64,000 nucleotides of DNA. Origin: Xanthobacteraceae bacterium. Its GTDB lineage: Bacteria; Pseudomonadota; Alphaproteobacteria; Rhizobiales; Xanthobacteraceae. The DNA is taken from positions 1,107 to 65,106 of the forward strand of contig DATMSE010000130.1 of the NCBI GenBank assembly GCA_035565575.1, in the 5' to 3' direction. A model generated the notes under the pieces. The model saw nothing but the letters and a program-made list of their open reading frames with translations, had not been told where the DNA came from and did no database searches. Below are positions 12,328 through 22,010 of this stretch, piece by piece (within the stretch, counting starts at the first letter, position 1; each line of letters starts with the position of its first letter). The position numbers were made by a program, and so were the translations under genes.

Positions 12328-13299
12328 TCAGTTGGTGAGCGGCACGCTATCGTCGATCAGCGCGTCGAGTGTCGCTTTCACATCGACATTGGCGGCGATG
12401 ACCCCGGCTTGCTGCAAGGCAAGCCCGGCTGCGAGAATCGACTCGCGCTGCGACGCGCCGATCTTCGAATGCGTCAGTTCGGTGCGCTCCTTGAGCTGCT
12501 TGTCGACGACATTCTCCGGCAGCTTGGTGACGGCGATGAAGGTCCTTTTCACCTCATCGTAATTCGCCAGCGAGAACTTGCGCGCCTCCTCATAAACCTT
12601 GAGCACGCGCTGGACCAGATCGGGATGATCCTTCAGGAACTGTTCACGCACGTTGAGGATGCCCCAGGTATTGGCGTCCTTGTTGCGATAGAACAGCCGC
12701 GCGCCGTCTTCGATTTCGGCCGCCGCCATCATCGGATCGAGGCCGGCCCAGGCCTGCACGTCGCCGCGTTTCAGCGCCGTCGCGCCATCCGGATGCTGCA
12801 GCAGGACCGGCTTGATGTCCTTCTCGGACAGACCGACGCTCTGCAGGGCGCGAACCAGGAAGATGTGAGGATCGGTCCCGCGCGTGACCGCGACCCGCGC
12901 TCCCTTCAGATCCTCGATCTTTTCGATCTTGGAATCCTTGGAGGTCACCAGCGCGGTCCACTCGGGCCGCGAATAGACATAAATCGATTTGATGGGATTG
13001 CCGTTGATCTTCGCGACCAGCGCGGCTGAGCCGGCGGTCGATCCGAAATCGATGGAGCCGGCGTTGAGAAACTCCAGCGCCTTGTTGGAACCGGCCGATT
13101 GCACCCAGCGAATCTTGATGCCGTCCTTCTCGAACTCCTTTTCGAGGAGACCCTTATCCTTCAGCACCATGGAGACGGGATTGTATGTCGCCCAATCGAC
13201 CCGGATCTCCTTGACTGGATCGGCCGCTTGCGCCGCGCCCGGAATGAGCAATGAGACCGCGAGGACCGCCGTCAGCCTACGTCGCGAAATCTTGACCAT
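12328..13299 (-). CDS. ABC transporter periplasmic substrate-binding protein (aliphatic sulfonate/NMT1 type)
   Basis: Trimmed to MVKISRRRLTAVLAVSLLIPGAAQA (signal peptide) at ATG 13299. SsuA/NMT1-like body. Confidence 0.85.
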   Translation of the reverse strand: MVKISRRRLTAVLAVSLLIPGAAQAADPVKEIRVDWATYNPVSMVLKDKGLLEKEFEKDGIKIRWVQSAGSNKALEFLNAGSIDFGSTAGSAALVAKINGNPIKSIYVYSRPEWTALVTSKDSKIEKIEDLKGARVAVTRGTDPHIFLVRALQSVGLSEKDIKPVLLQHPDGATALKRGDVQAWAGLDPMMAAAEIEDGARLFYRNKDANTWGILNVREQFLKDHPDLVQRVLKVYEEARKFSLANYDEVKRTFIAVTKLPENVVDKQLKERTELTHSKIGASQRESILAAGLALQQAGVIAANVDVKATLDALIDDSVPLTN

Positions 13300-13539
13300 G
13301 ATCTTTACCTCTCGCCGTGGGTCGCGCGACACCCCGATCAGGGTCGTCCCGAACCGCCCCAGAAAACTCATGCTTTCCAATGGCTTATAGAATTGTTTCG
13401 GCGAGAAAGTCCGCCCAAATAGCATGCATGGCCGAGCATGAAGATGCTGCGGCGTGGCCGAGAACGGAAAGTTCCATCTGTAGAGGAACGCGCGATAATG
13501 TTTCGTGACAGTACCCGCGCCGTCCGATATCGGGAGAGC

Positions 13540-16335
13540 ATGGATCACGCCGCGCCGCAGCCGCCCGTTCCCGATGCCATTTTCGACACCGCACGCATCA
13601 CCGCGGAGGTCGACGCCCTGGCGGACCGTCACGCCGGCCACAACGACGCCTTTCGGTCGGCGCTGGCGCAACTGCTGAAAGCCGAACGCGCCAAGGCCCG
13701 CGAGATCGCTCAAGCCACGCTACTGAAGGACCGACACGGCCGCCGCTGCGCCGAGCGCCTCTGTTTCGTGCAGGACGAGATCATCGGCATCCTGTTCAAT
13801 GCGGCGACGCGCTATCTCTACCGCTCATCGATTCCATCGGGCGCCGAACGCATGGCCGTTGTCGCGACCGGCGGCTACGGGCGCGGCCTGATGGCGCCGG
13901 AATCCGACATCGATCTGTTGTTCATCCTGCCCTACAAGCAGACCGCCTGGGGCGAACAGGTGGCCGAAGCCATCCTCTATTGCTTGTGGGACATGGGTCT
14001 CAAGGTCGGGCACGCGACACGGTCCGTGGACGAGTCGATCCGCCAGGCCCGCGGCGACATGACCATCCGGACCGCGATTCTGGAAACGCGGTTTCTCACC
14101 GGGGACCGCGGGCTCTATGACGAACTGGTCGAGCGCTTCGACAAGGACGTGGTGCAAGGCACGGCCGCCGAGTTCGTCACCGCCAAGCTCGCCGAGCGCG
14201 AAGAGCGGCACCGTCGTGCCGGCCAATCACGCTATCTGGTCGAACCCAACGTCAAGGATGGCAAGGGCGGGCTGCGCGACCTGCACACGCTGTTCTGGAT
14301 CGCGAAATATGTCTACCGCGTTCGCGATACCGACGAGTTGCTGAAACGTGGCGTGTTCGACGCTCATGAATTCCGCGTCTTCCGCCGCTGCTCCGACCTG
14401 CTATGGTCGGTGCGTTGCCACCTGCATTTCATCACCGGCCGCCCCGAGGAACGGCTGTCGTTCGAACTGCAGCGCGAGATCGCGCAGCGCCTCGGCTACA
14501 CCTCGCATCCCGGCATGCAGGACGTCGAGCGCTTCATGAAGCATTACTTCCTGGCGGCCAAGGACGTCGGCGATCTCACCGCGATTCTGTGCGCCAAGCT
14601 GGAAGATCAGCAGGCCAAGCCTGCACCGGTGCTGAGCCGGATGATGGCGCGGCTGCGCCCGAGCAACAAGCGGCGGCGCGTCCCGGAAAGCGACGACTTC
14701 GTCATCGATAACAACCGCATCAGCCTGGCGACGCCAGATGTATTCAGACAGGATCCGGTGAACCTGATCCGCATCTTCCGCCTCGCCCAGAAGAACAACC
14801 TCGCCTTCCATCCCGATGCCATGCGCGCGGTGACGCGCTCACTGCGGCTGATCAATTCGCAGGTGCGCGACGATCCCGAAGCCAACCGGCTGTTCATCGA
14901 AATCCTGACCTCGGACGATGCCGAGATCGTGCTGCGGCGAATGAACGAGACCGGCGTGCTGGGCCAGTTCATCCGCGCCTTCGGCAAAATCGTCGCGATG
15001 ATGCAATTCAACATGTATCATCACTACACAGTCGACGAGCATCTGCTGCGTTGCGTCGGCTTCCTGCAGGAGATCGAGCGCGGCGGCAACGAGGAGTTCG
15101 CGCTCGCCTCCGACCTGATGCGCAAGATTCGCCCCGAGCATCGCACTGTCATTTACGTCTCGGTCCTGCTGCACGATATCGCCAAAGGTCGACCGGAGGA
15201 TCACTCGATCGCCGGAGCCAAGGTCGCCCGACGACTTTGTCCGCGTCTCGGTCTCAACGCTGCCGATACCGCGCTGGTGGCTTGGCTGATCGAGCAGCAC
15301 CTGACGATGTCCGGCGTGGCGCAGTCGCGCGATCTGTCGGACCGCAAGACCATCGAGAATTTTGCCGCCGTCGTCCAGTCGGTCGAGCACATGAAGCTGC
15401 TCACCATCCTGACCACCGCGGACATTCGCGGCGTCGGCCCCGGGGTGTGGAACGGCTGGAAGGCGCAGCTTCTGCGCACGCTCTATTACGAAACGGAGCC
15501 GGTGCTGACCGGCGGTTTCTCAGAGGTCAATCGCACCCAGCGGATCGAGGTGGCGCAGGCCGAATTCCGGGCCGCCTTCAGGGAATGGCCCGAAGCCGAA
15601 CTGAACGCCTATATCGGCCGACACTATCCAGCTTACTGGCTGAAGGTCGATCTGCCGCGCAAAATTCGCCACGCCCGCTTTCTGAAATCCGCGGAGAAAG
15701 GCGAGCACAAGCTGGCGATCAATGTCGGCTTCGACGAGGCGCGCGGCGTCACCGAACTGACCATTCTGGCGTCCGACCATCCCTGGCTGTTGTCGATCAT
15801 CGCCGGCGCCTGCGCGTCGGCGGGCGCCAATATCGTCGACGCGCAGATCTATACCACCACCGACGGCCTGGCGCTCGATACCATCGCCATCTCGCGCGAA
15901 TACGACCGCGACGAAGACGAGGGTCGCCGCGCCACGCGAATCGGCGAAATCATCGAGCAGGTGCTGGAAGGCAAGCTCAAGCTGCCGGACGTGGTGGCGC
16001 ATCGCGTCACCAGCCGGACCAAGCTGCGGCCGTTCGTGGTCGAGCCGGAAGTCATCATCAACAATCAGTGGTCGGACCGGCACACCGTGATCGAAGTCTC
16101 CGGCCTCGACCGGCCGGGCTTGCTGTATCAACTGACAACCGCGATCTCGAAGCTCAACCTGAACATCGCGTCGGCCCACGTTTCGACCTTCGGCGAGCGG
16201 GCCCGCGACGTGTTCTACGTCACCGACCTGCTTGGCGCGCAAATCACGGCTCCGACCCGGCAAGCCGCGATCAAACGCGCGCTGGTCCATCTCTTGACCA
16301 ACGATACCGTCGCCGCCACCCCTCCGGCTGCTTGA
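13540..16335 (+). CDS. glnD: [protein-PII] uridylyltransferase/uridylyl-removing enzyme GlnD
   Basis: Nucleotidyltransferase (GGYGRGLMAPESDIDLLF), HD domain (HHYTVDEHL ... LLHDIAKG) and two C-terminal ACT domains. Start at ATG 13540 is preceded by GGGAGAG. Confidence 0.95.
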   Translation: MDHAAPQPPVPDAIFDTARITAEVDALADRHAGHNDAFRSALAQLLKAERAKAREIAQATLLKDRHGRRCAERLCFVQDEIIGILFNAATRYLYRSSIPSGAERMAVVATGGYGRGLMAPESDIDLLFILPYKQTAWGEQVAEAILYCLWDMGLKVGHATRSVDESIRQARGDMTIRTAILETRFLTGDRGLYDELVERFDKDVVQGTAAEFVTAKLAEREERHRRAGQSRYLVEPNVKDGKGGLRDLHTLFWIAKYVYRVRDTDELLKRGVFDAHEFRVFRRCSDLLWSVRCHLHFITGRPEERLSFELQREIAQRLGYTSHPGMQDVERFMKHYFLAAKDVGDLTAILCAKLEDQQAKPAPVLSRMMARLRPSNKRRRVPESDDFVIDNNRISLATPDVFRQDPVNLIRIFRLAQKNNLAFHPDAMRAVTRSLRLINSQVRDDPEANRLFIEILTSDDAEIVLRRMNETGVLGQFIRAFGKIVAMMQFNMYHHYTVDEHLLRCVGFLQEIERGGNEEFALASDLMRKIRPEHRTVIYVSVLLHDIAKGRPEDHSIAGAKVARRLCPRLGLNAADTALVAWLIEQHLTMSGVAQSRDLSDRKTIENFAAVVQSVEHMKLLTILTTADIRGVGPGVWNGWKAQLLRTLYYETEPVLTGGFSEVNRTQRIEVAQAEFRAAFREWPEAELNAYIGRHYPAYWLKVDLPRKIRHARFLKSAEKGEHKLAINVGFDEARGVTELTILASDHPWLLSIIAGACASAGANIVDAQIYTTTDGLALDTIAISREYDRDEDEGRRATRIGEIIEQVLEGKLKLPDVVAHRVTSRTKLRPFVVEPEVIINNQWSDRHTVIEVSGLDRPGLLYQLTTAISKLNLNIASAHVSTFGERARDVFYVTDLLGAQITAPTRQAAIKRALVHLLTNDTVAATPPAA

Positions 16336-16358
16336 GCCGGCGTGGCGCATATCCTCGC

Positions 16359-16952
16359 TCAGGTGGTGATATCAACGCCTTCGTGCGCGAGTAGCCAGCG
16401 CTTGCGTTCGAGCCCGCCGCCATAACCGGTCAACGTGCCATTCGACCCGATGACGCGATGGCACGGCACCACGACGCTGATCGGATTGGCGCCGTTGGCA
16501 TGGCCGACCGCCCGCACCGCCTTCGGGCGATCGATACGCGCGGCGAGCGCGCCATAGCTGATGGTCTTGCCCGGGGCGATCTCGCGCAGCGCCGACCAGA
16601 CCTCACGCTGGAAGGACGTTCCGCCGAACCGGCAGGGGATGGCGCGGAGGCCCGCAAGATCGCCGGCAAAGTAGGCTTTGAGAGCCGCTATGATTGATGC
16701 CGGCGCTTTCCCCTCAACCAACTCGGATCCGCCGTATTGCTGCCGCATCAGTGCGGCCATCCGGTCTTCGTAATCCACCCAGTCCAAGGCGCACAGAGTG
16801 CCCTCGGCATCAGTGACCAGCAGCGCCACGCCGATCGGGCTCTTGAACCGGTCGAGATAAAACCGTTCAAGGGATTTCGTCCGCGACTGCGGAGTCGGAA
16901 AGATGCGACCCGGAGCGGACGAGACTTTCGTCGAAGCTTGGGACATGGACAT
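16359..16952 (-). CDS. ogt: methylated-DNA--protein-cysteine methyltransferase
   Basis: Active-site PCHRVIGSNG motif. Start set to ATG 16952, which follows GAGGA. The track start at 16964 is GTG. Confidence 0.9.
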   Translation of the reverse strand: MSMSQASTKVSSAPGRIFPTPQSRTKSLERFYLDRFKSPIGVALLVTDAEGTLCALDWVDYEDRMAALMRQQYGGSELVEGKAPASIIAALKAYFAGDLAGLRAIPCRFGGTSFQREVWSALREIAPGKTISYGALAARIDRPKAVRAVGHANGANPISVVVPCHRVIGSNGTLTGYGGGLERKRWLLAHEGVDITT

Positions 16953-16993
16953 GGCGATCCTCACAAGTGTTGCCGCGTCTTAAACGCTTGACC

Positions 16994-17012
16994 GTTGACC
17001 GGAACGGTCAAC
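16994..17012. promoter_or_regulatory. perfect inverted repeat GTTGACCG-GAA-CGGTCAAC upstream of ogt
   Basis: 8-bp arms with a 3-nt spacer, preceded by a direct TTGACCG repeat. Lies 42-60 nt upstream of the ogt start. Confidence 0.3.
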
Positions 17013-17244
17013 TTCGCCGTTGATCAAACCCTGCAACGGCTCCCTCGGTATCGGCCTTGAAGCGCGGCTGATCCACCCGCTTTCTGCCTGCAGCGGACAT
17101 GGCACGATGTTTCCCTTTGCATTGGCAAATTGCTTCCTTCAGTATCGGCCCAACGACGGCACAGCCCACGATTGAAGCCGACCGTCGGTCAAAAAAGATA
17201 CCGTGTCATGGGATCACAGTGTCACACAAAGGGAAGAAGCCAAA

Positions 17245-18468
17245 ATGAGGGATAAAGTTCTCGGTCTGACCGCCGCATCCGTTGTCGCCGTCGCGCTGTC
17301 GGTCTCACCGGCTAGCGCGCAGAAGAAGTACGATACGGGCGCGAGCGATACGGAAATCAAGATCGGCCAGACTGTGCCGTTCAGCGGCCCCGCCTCCGCT
17401 TACGCCACCATCGGCAAGACCCAGGCCGCCTATTTCAAGATGATCAATGATCAGGGGGGCGTAAACGGCCGCAAGCTGAACCTAATCCAGTATGACGACG
17501 CCTATAGCCCGCCAAAGGCGGTCGAGCAGGTACGCAAGCTGGTGGAGGGCGACGAGGTGCTGCTGACGTTTCAGATCGTCGGGACGCCTCCGAACGCCGC
17601 CGTGCAGAAGTATCTGAACCAGAAAAAAGTGCCGCAACTGTTCGCCGCCACCGGCGCGACCCGCTTCTCCGACCCCAAGAATTTCCCATGGACGATGGGC
17701 TTCAACCCTAACTACCAGTCCGAAGGGCGCATCTACGGCAAGTATATTCTCGCCAACTATCCCAATGCCAAGATTGGCATCCTATTCCAGAACGACGACC
17801 TCGGCCGCGATTACGTGACCGGTCTCAAGGAAGCGCTCGGCGACAAAGCCAAGACGATGATCGTGGCGGAGGCGTCATATGAACTCACCGACCCGACCAT
17901 CGATTCCCAGATCGTCAAGCTGAAGGCTGCAGGTGCCGATCTGCTCTATGACGCCTCCACGCCGAAATTTGCTGCGCAGGCCATCAAGAAGGTGGCCGAC
18001 CTCGGCTGGAAGCCAGTGCATATCCTCGATATCAACGCCACCTCCGTGGGCGCCGTGATGAAGCCGGCCGGTCTTGAGAACTCCAAGGGCGTGATCAGCA
18101 CCAATTACGGCAAGGACCCGCTCGATCCGGCCTGGAAGGACGACGCTGGAATGAAGAAGTACTTCGAATTCATGGCGAAGTACTATCCGGAAGGCGACAA
18201 GGACTCGAGCTTCAACACCTACGGCTACAGCACCGCACAGCTCTTGGTGCACGTGTTAAAGGAATGCGGCGACAATCTCACCCGAGAGAACGTGATGAAG
18301 CAGGCCACCAGCCTGAAGAACGTGCAGCTCGATCTTTCGCTGCCGGGCATCGTCGGCTCGACGTCGCCGACCGATTATCGCGTCAACAAGCAGTTGCAGA
18401 TGATGAAGTTCGACGGCGAGCGCTGGGAGCTGTTCGGTCCGATCATCGTCGACGATCACAAGGGCTGA
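17245..18468 (+). CDS. branched-chain amino acid (Liv/HAAT-type) ABC transporter substrate-binding protein
   Basis: Signal peptide MRDKVLGLTAASVVAVALSVSPASA followed by a type I periplasmic binding fold (IKIGQTVPFSGPASAY). Orphan gene with no adjacent permease. Confidence 0.85.
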   Translation: MRDKVLGLTAASVVAVALSVSPASAQKKYDTGASDTEIKIGQTVPFSGPASAYATIGKTQAAYFKMINDQGGVNGRKLNLIQYDDAYSPPKAVEQVRKLVEGDEVLLTFQIVGTPPNAAVQKYLNQKKVPQLFAATGATRFSDPKNFPWTMGFNPNYQSEGRIYGKYILANYPNAKIGILFQNDDLGRDYVTGLKEALGDKAKTMIVAEASYELTDPTIDSQIVKLKAAGADLLYDASTPKFAAQAIKKVADLGWKPVHILDINATSVGAVMKPAGLENSKGVISTNYGKDPLDPAWKDDAGMKKYFEFMAKYYPEGDKDSSFNTYGYSTAQLLVHVLKECGDNLTRENVMKQATSLKNVQLDLSLPGIVGSTSPTDYRVNKQLQMMKFDGERWELFGPIIVDDHKG

Positions 18469-18488
18469 TCGCGACCGTCAGTCCATCG

Positions 18489-18519
18489 GGCCGGCGCGGC
18501 GGAGCCGTTCGCGCCGGCC
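18489..18519 (+). terminator. hairpin after the Liv-type binding protein gene
   Basis: GGCCGGCGCG-N11-CGCGCCGGCC, a 10-bp perfect stem, 21 nt after the stop. Followed by a weak T-rich tract (CTTCTTTCCC). Confidence 0.4.
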
Positions 18520-18611
18520 TCGCTTGGCCTTCTTTCCCGGGCCCCGGTAGGGTTAAGGCCCCATGAAAGCCTTGTTTATCAGGCACTTTCAAACAACGCG
18601 CGGCATTAGCA

Positions 18612-18627
18612 TTAACCTTCATTTAAC
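18612..18627 (+). promoter_or_regulatory. CtrA-type box TTAA-N7-TTAAC upstream of the PBP1A gene
   Basis: TTAACCTTCATTTAAC matches the full alpha-proteobacterial CtrA consensus. Lies 58-73 nt before ATG 18685 in an AT-rich patch. Confidence 0.4.
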
Positions 18628-18684
18628 GCGCTTTTAAACCCCGCAGGTTACGTTCCGAAAAGCATGGGGCGGGTGCGTTAGCGT

Positions 18685-20901
18685 ATGGCGTTGCGACGAA
18701 AGAAAAGCAGTCCGCGGAAGGAGCCGCAATTCGGGCTCGGCGCGTCGCTGGCGAGCCTTCGCCTGAACATTGCCGATCGCATCAGCATCGCCAGCGACGA
18801 CAAACCCAAGAAATCCCCGAAGCGCGAAGGCGCTCGCGGCAGCGACTCGCGCAAGCCTCGCAAACGCGGCGCGCGCGGCGGTTTGCGCCGCAAACTCTAT
18901 CGGACCGCCTATTGGGGGGCGGTGCTCGGCCTCTGGGGCATCATCGCCATCACTGGCGTGGTGATCTGGGTTGGCGCGCATCTGCCGCCGATCCAGTCGC
19001 TGGAAATTCCGAAGCGGCCGCCGACCATTCAGATCGTCGGCCTCGACGGCAGCATCCTGGCAACGCGCGGCGAGATGGGCGGCGCCAGCGTCGCGCTGAA
19101 GGAACTTCCTCCGTATCTGCCGAAAGCCTTCATCGCCATCGAGGACCGCCGTTTCTACAGCCATTACGGCATCGATCCGCTCGGCATTGCCCGTGCGGCG
19201 GTTGCCAACCTTCTGCATCGCGGGGTGTCGCAGGGCGGTTCGACCCTGACCCAGCAACTCGCGAAGAACCTGTTCCTGACCCAGGAGCGCACCTTGCAGC
19301 GCAAGCTGCAGGAGGCCGAATTGGCGCTCTGGCTCGAGCACAATCACACCAAGGCCGAGATCCTCGAACTCTACCTCAACCGCGTCTATTTCGGCTCCGG
19401 CGCTTACGGCGTCGATGCCGCCGCGCAAAAATATTTCGGGAAATCGGCACGCAAGGTGACGCTGGCGGAAGCAGCCATGCTGGCGGGCCTCGTCAAATCG
19501 CCCTCGCGCCTTGCGCCGAACCGCAATCCGGAAGGCGCCGAGAAGCGCGCGCAAACCGTGCTGAGTGCGATGGCCGATGCCGGGTTCATCACCGAACAGC
19601 AAGCCAAGGCGGCGATCGCCAATCCCTCCTACGCGGTGAAGCCGCCCGGCGCCGGCACCATCAACTACGTTGCCGACTGGATCGGCGAAGTGCTCGACGA
19701 CCTGATCGGCCAGATCGACCAGAACATCGTGGTCGAAACCTCGATCGATCCTAAGCTGCAAAGCGTCGCCGAAGCCGCGGTGATCGACGAACTCGCCGCC
19801 AAGAGCGTCAAGTTCAACGTCACCCAGGGCGCGCTGGTGGCGATGACGCCGAGCGGCGAGGTGCGCGCCATGGTCGGCGGCCGCAACTACGCGGACAGCC
19901 AGTTCAACCGCGCCGTCACCGCCAAGCGTCAGCCGGGCTCTGCGTTCAAGCCGTTTGTCTACCTCACTGCCGTGGAGGCGGGTCTCACGCCCGAGACCAT
20001 CCGACAGGATGCGCCCATCGACATCAAGGGCTGGCGGCCGGAGAACTACACCCACGAATATTTCGGCGCGGTGACATTGACGCAGGCGCTAGCGATGTCG
20101 CTGAACACTGTCGCGGTCCGTCTCGGAATGGAAGTCGGGCCGAAGAACGTCGTGCGCACCGCTCACCGGCTCGGGATCAGTTCGAAGCTGGACGCTAACG
20201 CCTCGCTCGCGCTCGGCACCTCCGGCGTGTCGCTGCTGGAGCTGACCGGCGCCTACGCGCCGTTTGCCAATGGCGGCCGCGGCGTCTCCCCGCATGTCGT
20301 CAACCGTATCCGCGCCGAGAATGGCAAAGTGCTGTATCGCCGGCCGCCCGACTCGCGCGATCAGGTGATCGAACCGCGCTATGTGGCGATGATGAACACG
20401 ATGATGCGCGAGACGCTGGTCAGCGGCACCGCACGCAAAGCCGAGATTCCGGGATGGAGCGCGGCCGGAAAGACCGGCACCAGCCAGGATTTCCGCGATG
20501 CTTGGTTCATCGGCTACACTGCCAACCTCGTTACGGGCGTCTGGCTCGGCAATGACGACAATTCGCCGACCAAGAAGGCGACCGGCGGCGGCCTGCCGGT
20601 GGAAGTCTGGACCCGCTTCATGCGGGTGGCGCATCAGGGCGTGGCTGTTGCGGCCCTGCCGGGCGCCCAATCCAACGGTCTGTTCCCGAACTTCGGTGCG
20701 GGCGCGCCGGCACAGCAGGCCAGCATGATGCCGATGACCCGGTCTGACGGCACGACCGCGAATAGCGTGCAGCCGGTCTATCCTGCGGCGCCGAGTCCGG
20801 CCTCAGGCGCACCCGGGGCAGCACCGAGGCCGGCAGCGGTGCGGCCGGAAGCGGCGCCTGGCCTCGACGGCTGGCTGGTGGAGCGGCTGTTCGGGCGCTA
20901 A
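18685..20901 (+). CDS. mrcA: penicillin-binding protein 1A family (bifunctional glycosyltransferase/transpeptidase)
   Basis: GT51 motifs (AIEDRRFYSHYGID, GGSTLTQQLAKN) and a transpeptidase motif (KTGTSQDFRDAWF). Basic N-terminus plus a TM. Pro/Ala-rich tail. Confidence 0.92.
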   Translation: MALRRKKSSPRKEPQFGLGASLASLRLNIADRISIASDDKPKKSPKREGARGSDSRKPRKRGARGGLRRKLYRTAYWGAVLGLWGIIAITGVVIWVGAHLPPIQSLEIPKRPPTIQIVGLDGSILATRGEMGGASVALKELPPYLPKAFIAIEDRRFYSHYGIDPLGIARAAVANLLHRGVSQGGSTLTQQLAKNLFLTQERTLQRKLQEAELALWLEHNHTKAEILELYLNRVYFGSGAYGVDAAAQKYFGKSARKVTLAEAAMLAGLVKSPSRLAPNRNPEGAEKRAQTVLSAMADAGFITEQQAKAAIANPSYAVKPPGAGTINYVADWIGEVLDDLIGQIDQNIVVETSIDPKLQSVAEAAVIDELAAKSVKFNVTQGALVAMTPSGEVRAMVGGRNYADSQFNRAVTAKRQPGSAFKPFVYLTAVEAGLTPETIRQDAPIDIKGWRPENYTHEYFGAVTLTQALAMSLNTVAVRLGMEVGPKNVVRTAHRLGISSKLDANASLALGTSGVSLLELTGAYAPFANGGRGVSPHVVNRIRAENGKVLYRRPPDSRDQVIEPRYVAMMNTMMRETLVSGTARKAEIPGWSAAGKTGTSQDFRDAWFIGYTANLVTGVWLGNDDNSPTKKATGGGLPVEVWTRFMRVAHQGVAVAALPGAQSNGLFPNFGAGAPAQQASMMPMTRSDGTTANSVQPVYPAAPSPASGAPGAAPRPAAVRPEAAPGLDGWLVERLFGR

Positions 20902-20955
20902 CGCCACCGAGCCCTGGTCCCATAAGCTGCGACGACATTCAGCGGCACAGCTACG

Positions 20956-21711
20956 TCACTCCGAAATGCCGTAGCGATGCAGATCATTGCCGTGAACGTC
21001 GAGCCACGTCTTGGCTTGCTCCACCTTCGGGCAAATCCGCGCCACGACTTTCCAGAAGCGCGGCGAATGATTCATCTCGACGAGATGCGCGACCTCGTGC
21101 GCGGCCAGATAATCGAGCACGTAAGGCGGCGCGAGGATCAGCCGCCACGAGAACGACAACGATCCCGCCGAGGTGCACGACCCCCAACGGCTCGACTGAT
21201 CACGGATCGAGATGCGCTTCACCTTCACGCCCAGTTGCGCAGCGTAGACGTCGCATGCCTTCTGCAGATCGCGGCGCGCTTCTCGCTTCAGAAAGTCATG
21301 AATGCGACGCTCGATATATTCGACGCCACCCGCCGCGCACAGGATGCGGTCGCCGCTGTCCCGTGTTTCCGTCCAAACCGTGCCGCGGCTGCCGGCGCGA
21401 TGCACAATACGATGCGGGACACCCCGCAGCGGAACCAAAGTACCTGACTGAAAGGGCGCAGCTTTCGGCAGTCGCCCCAGTCGTGCGGCAATCCAGCCGC
21501 CATGTCGCTGCGCAAAGTCCTTTGCATCAGCAACGGTGCCGCGCGGCGGCATCGTCAGGATCGCTTCGCGATCACTGGGATGAATCCGTAACGTGTAGCG
21601 CCGCGCGCGGCGATGCCGCCTCAGACGAATCGCGAAAATCTGCGATCCAAATCTGATGGTGATGGTCGAAGGTTCACTGGGACGACGATAGAGAAGAGCG
21701 CGAAAAGCCAT
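20956..21711 (-). CDS. YgjP-like M48/SprT-family metal-dependent hydrolase (DUF45)
   Basis: HEVAHLVEMNHSPRFW zinc motif. Trimmed to MAFRALLY (ATG 21711). Confidence 0.8.
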   Translation of the reverse strand: MAFRALLYRRPSEPSTITIRFGSQIFAIRLRRHRRARRYTLRIHPSDREAILTMPPRGTVADAKDFAQRHGGWIAARLGRLPKAAPFQSGTLVPLRGVPHRIVHRAGSRGTVWTETRDSGDRILCAAGGVEYIERRIHDFLKREARRDLQKACDVYAAQLGVKVKRISIRDQSSRWGSCTSAGSLSFSWRLILAPPYVLDYLAAHEVAHLVEMNHSPRFWKVVARICPKVEQAKTWLDVHGNDLHRYGISE

Positions 21712-21919
21712 GTCAGCGGATCCGGCGTGCAGGAAGTCGCCGGGATTTTGCCATATCCGTCGCCAGGGAAACGGGTCCGCGCAAAAACAAATCATTTGCC
21801 CAATATACAGGGGCGCCCAGGCAAAATCGCCCTAGATCATGTAGGATTCAGACCATCAAACGAGATAAAATTGCACTGGTTCCCTCGCCAAAAGAATGAT
21901 GCCACATTCATAACTTAAA

Positions 21920-21947
21920 GGACGAGTGAATTCAAATTCACTCGTCC
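21920..21947 (-). terminator. rho-independent terminator of phaZ
   Basis: GGACGAGTGAAT-TCAA-ATTCACTCGTCC, a 12-bp perfect stem. On the minus strand it is followed by TTTAAGTTAT. Lies 64 nt after the phaZ stop. Confidence 0.55.
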
Positions 21948-22010
21948 CTGTGTGGCCTGTTTTAAGATCCGAGCTGAACGACGCACGCCGCAATATGGGC
22001 GGCGCAGGTC

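Noticed and set aside
12263-12328. 22-codon N-terminal extension of the ABC permease that would give an ATGA overlap with the binding-protein stop
   Set aside because: GC3 of these codons is about 48%, well below the gene body, and the peptide (MEVVRGIPTTGVPRVRVCYGLS) looks non-coding. The shorter start is kept, though the longer one cannot be excluded.
15051-16394. 447-aa out-of-frame ORF overlapping glnD, plus similar overlapping ORFs throughout (e.g. 54603-55985, 33689-34777, 39622-40617)
   Set aside because: They overlap confidently identified genes in other frames and encode Arg/Pro/Gly-rich products. This is expected when stop codons are scarce at about 65% GC.
17100-17135. TGGCAC...TTGCA strings upstream of the Liv-type binding protein, considered as a sigma-54 promoter
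   Set aside because: The spacing between GG and GC elements is 11 nt or more, not the required TGGCAC-N5-TTGC geometry.
18634-20055. 473-aa ORF antisense to the PBP1A gene
   Set aside because: Its Arg/Ala/Gly/Leu-rich translation matches no recognisable family, and it lies fully inside a gene with clear GT51/transpeptidase motifs. This is a typical high-GC antisense artefact.
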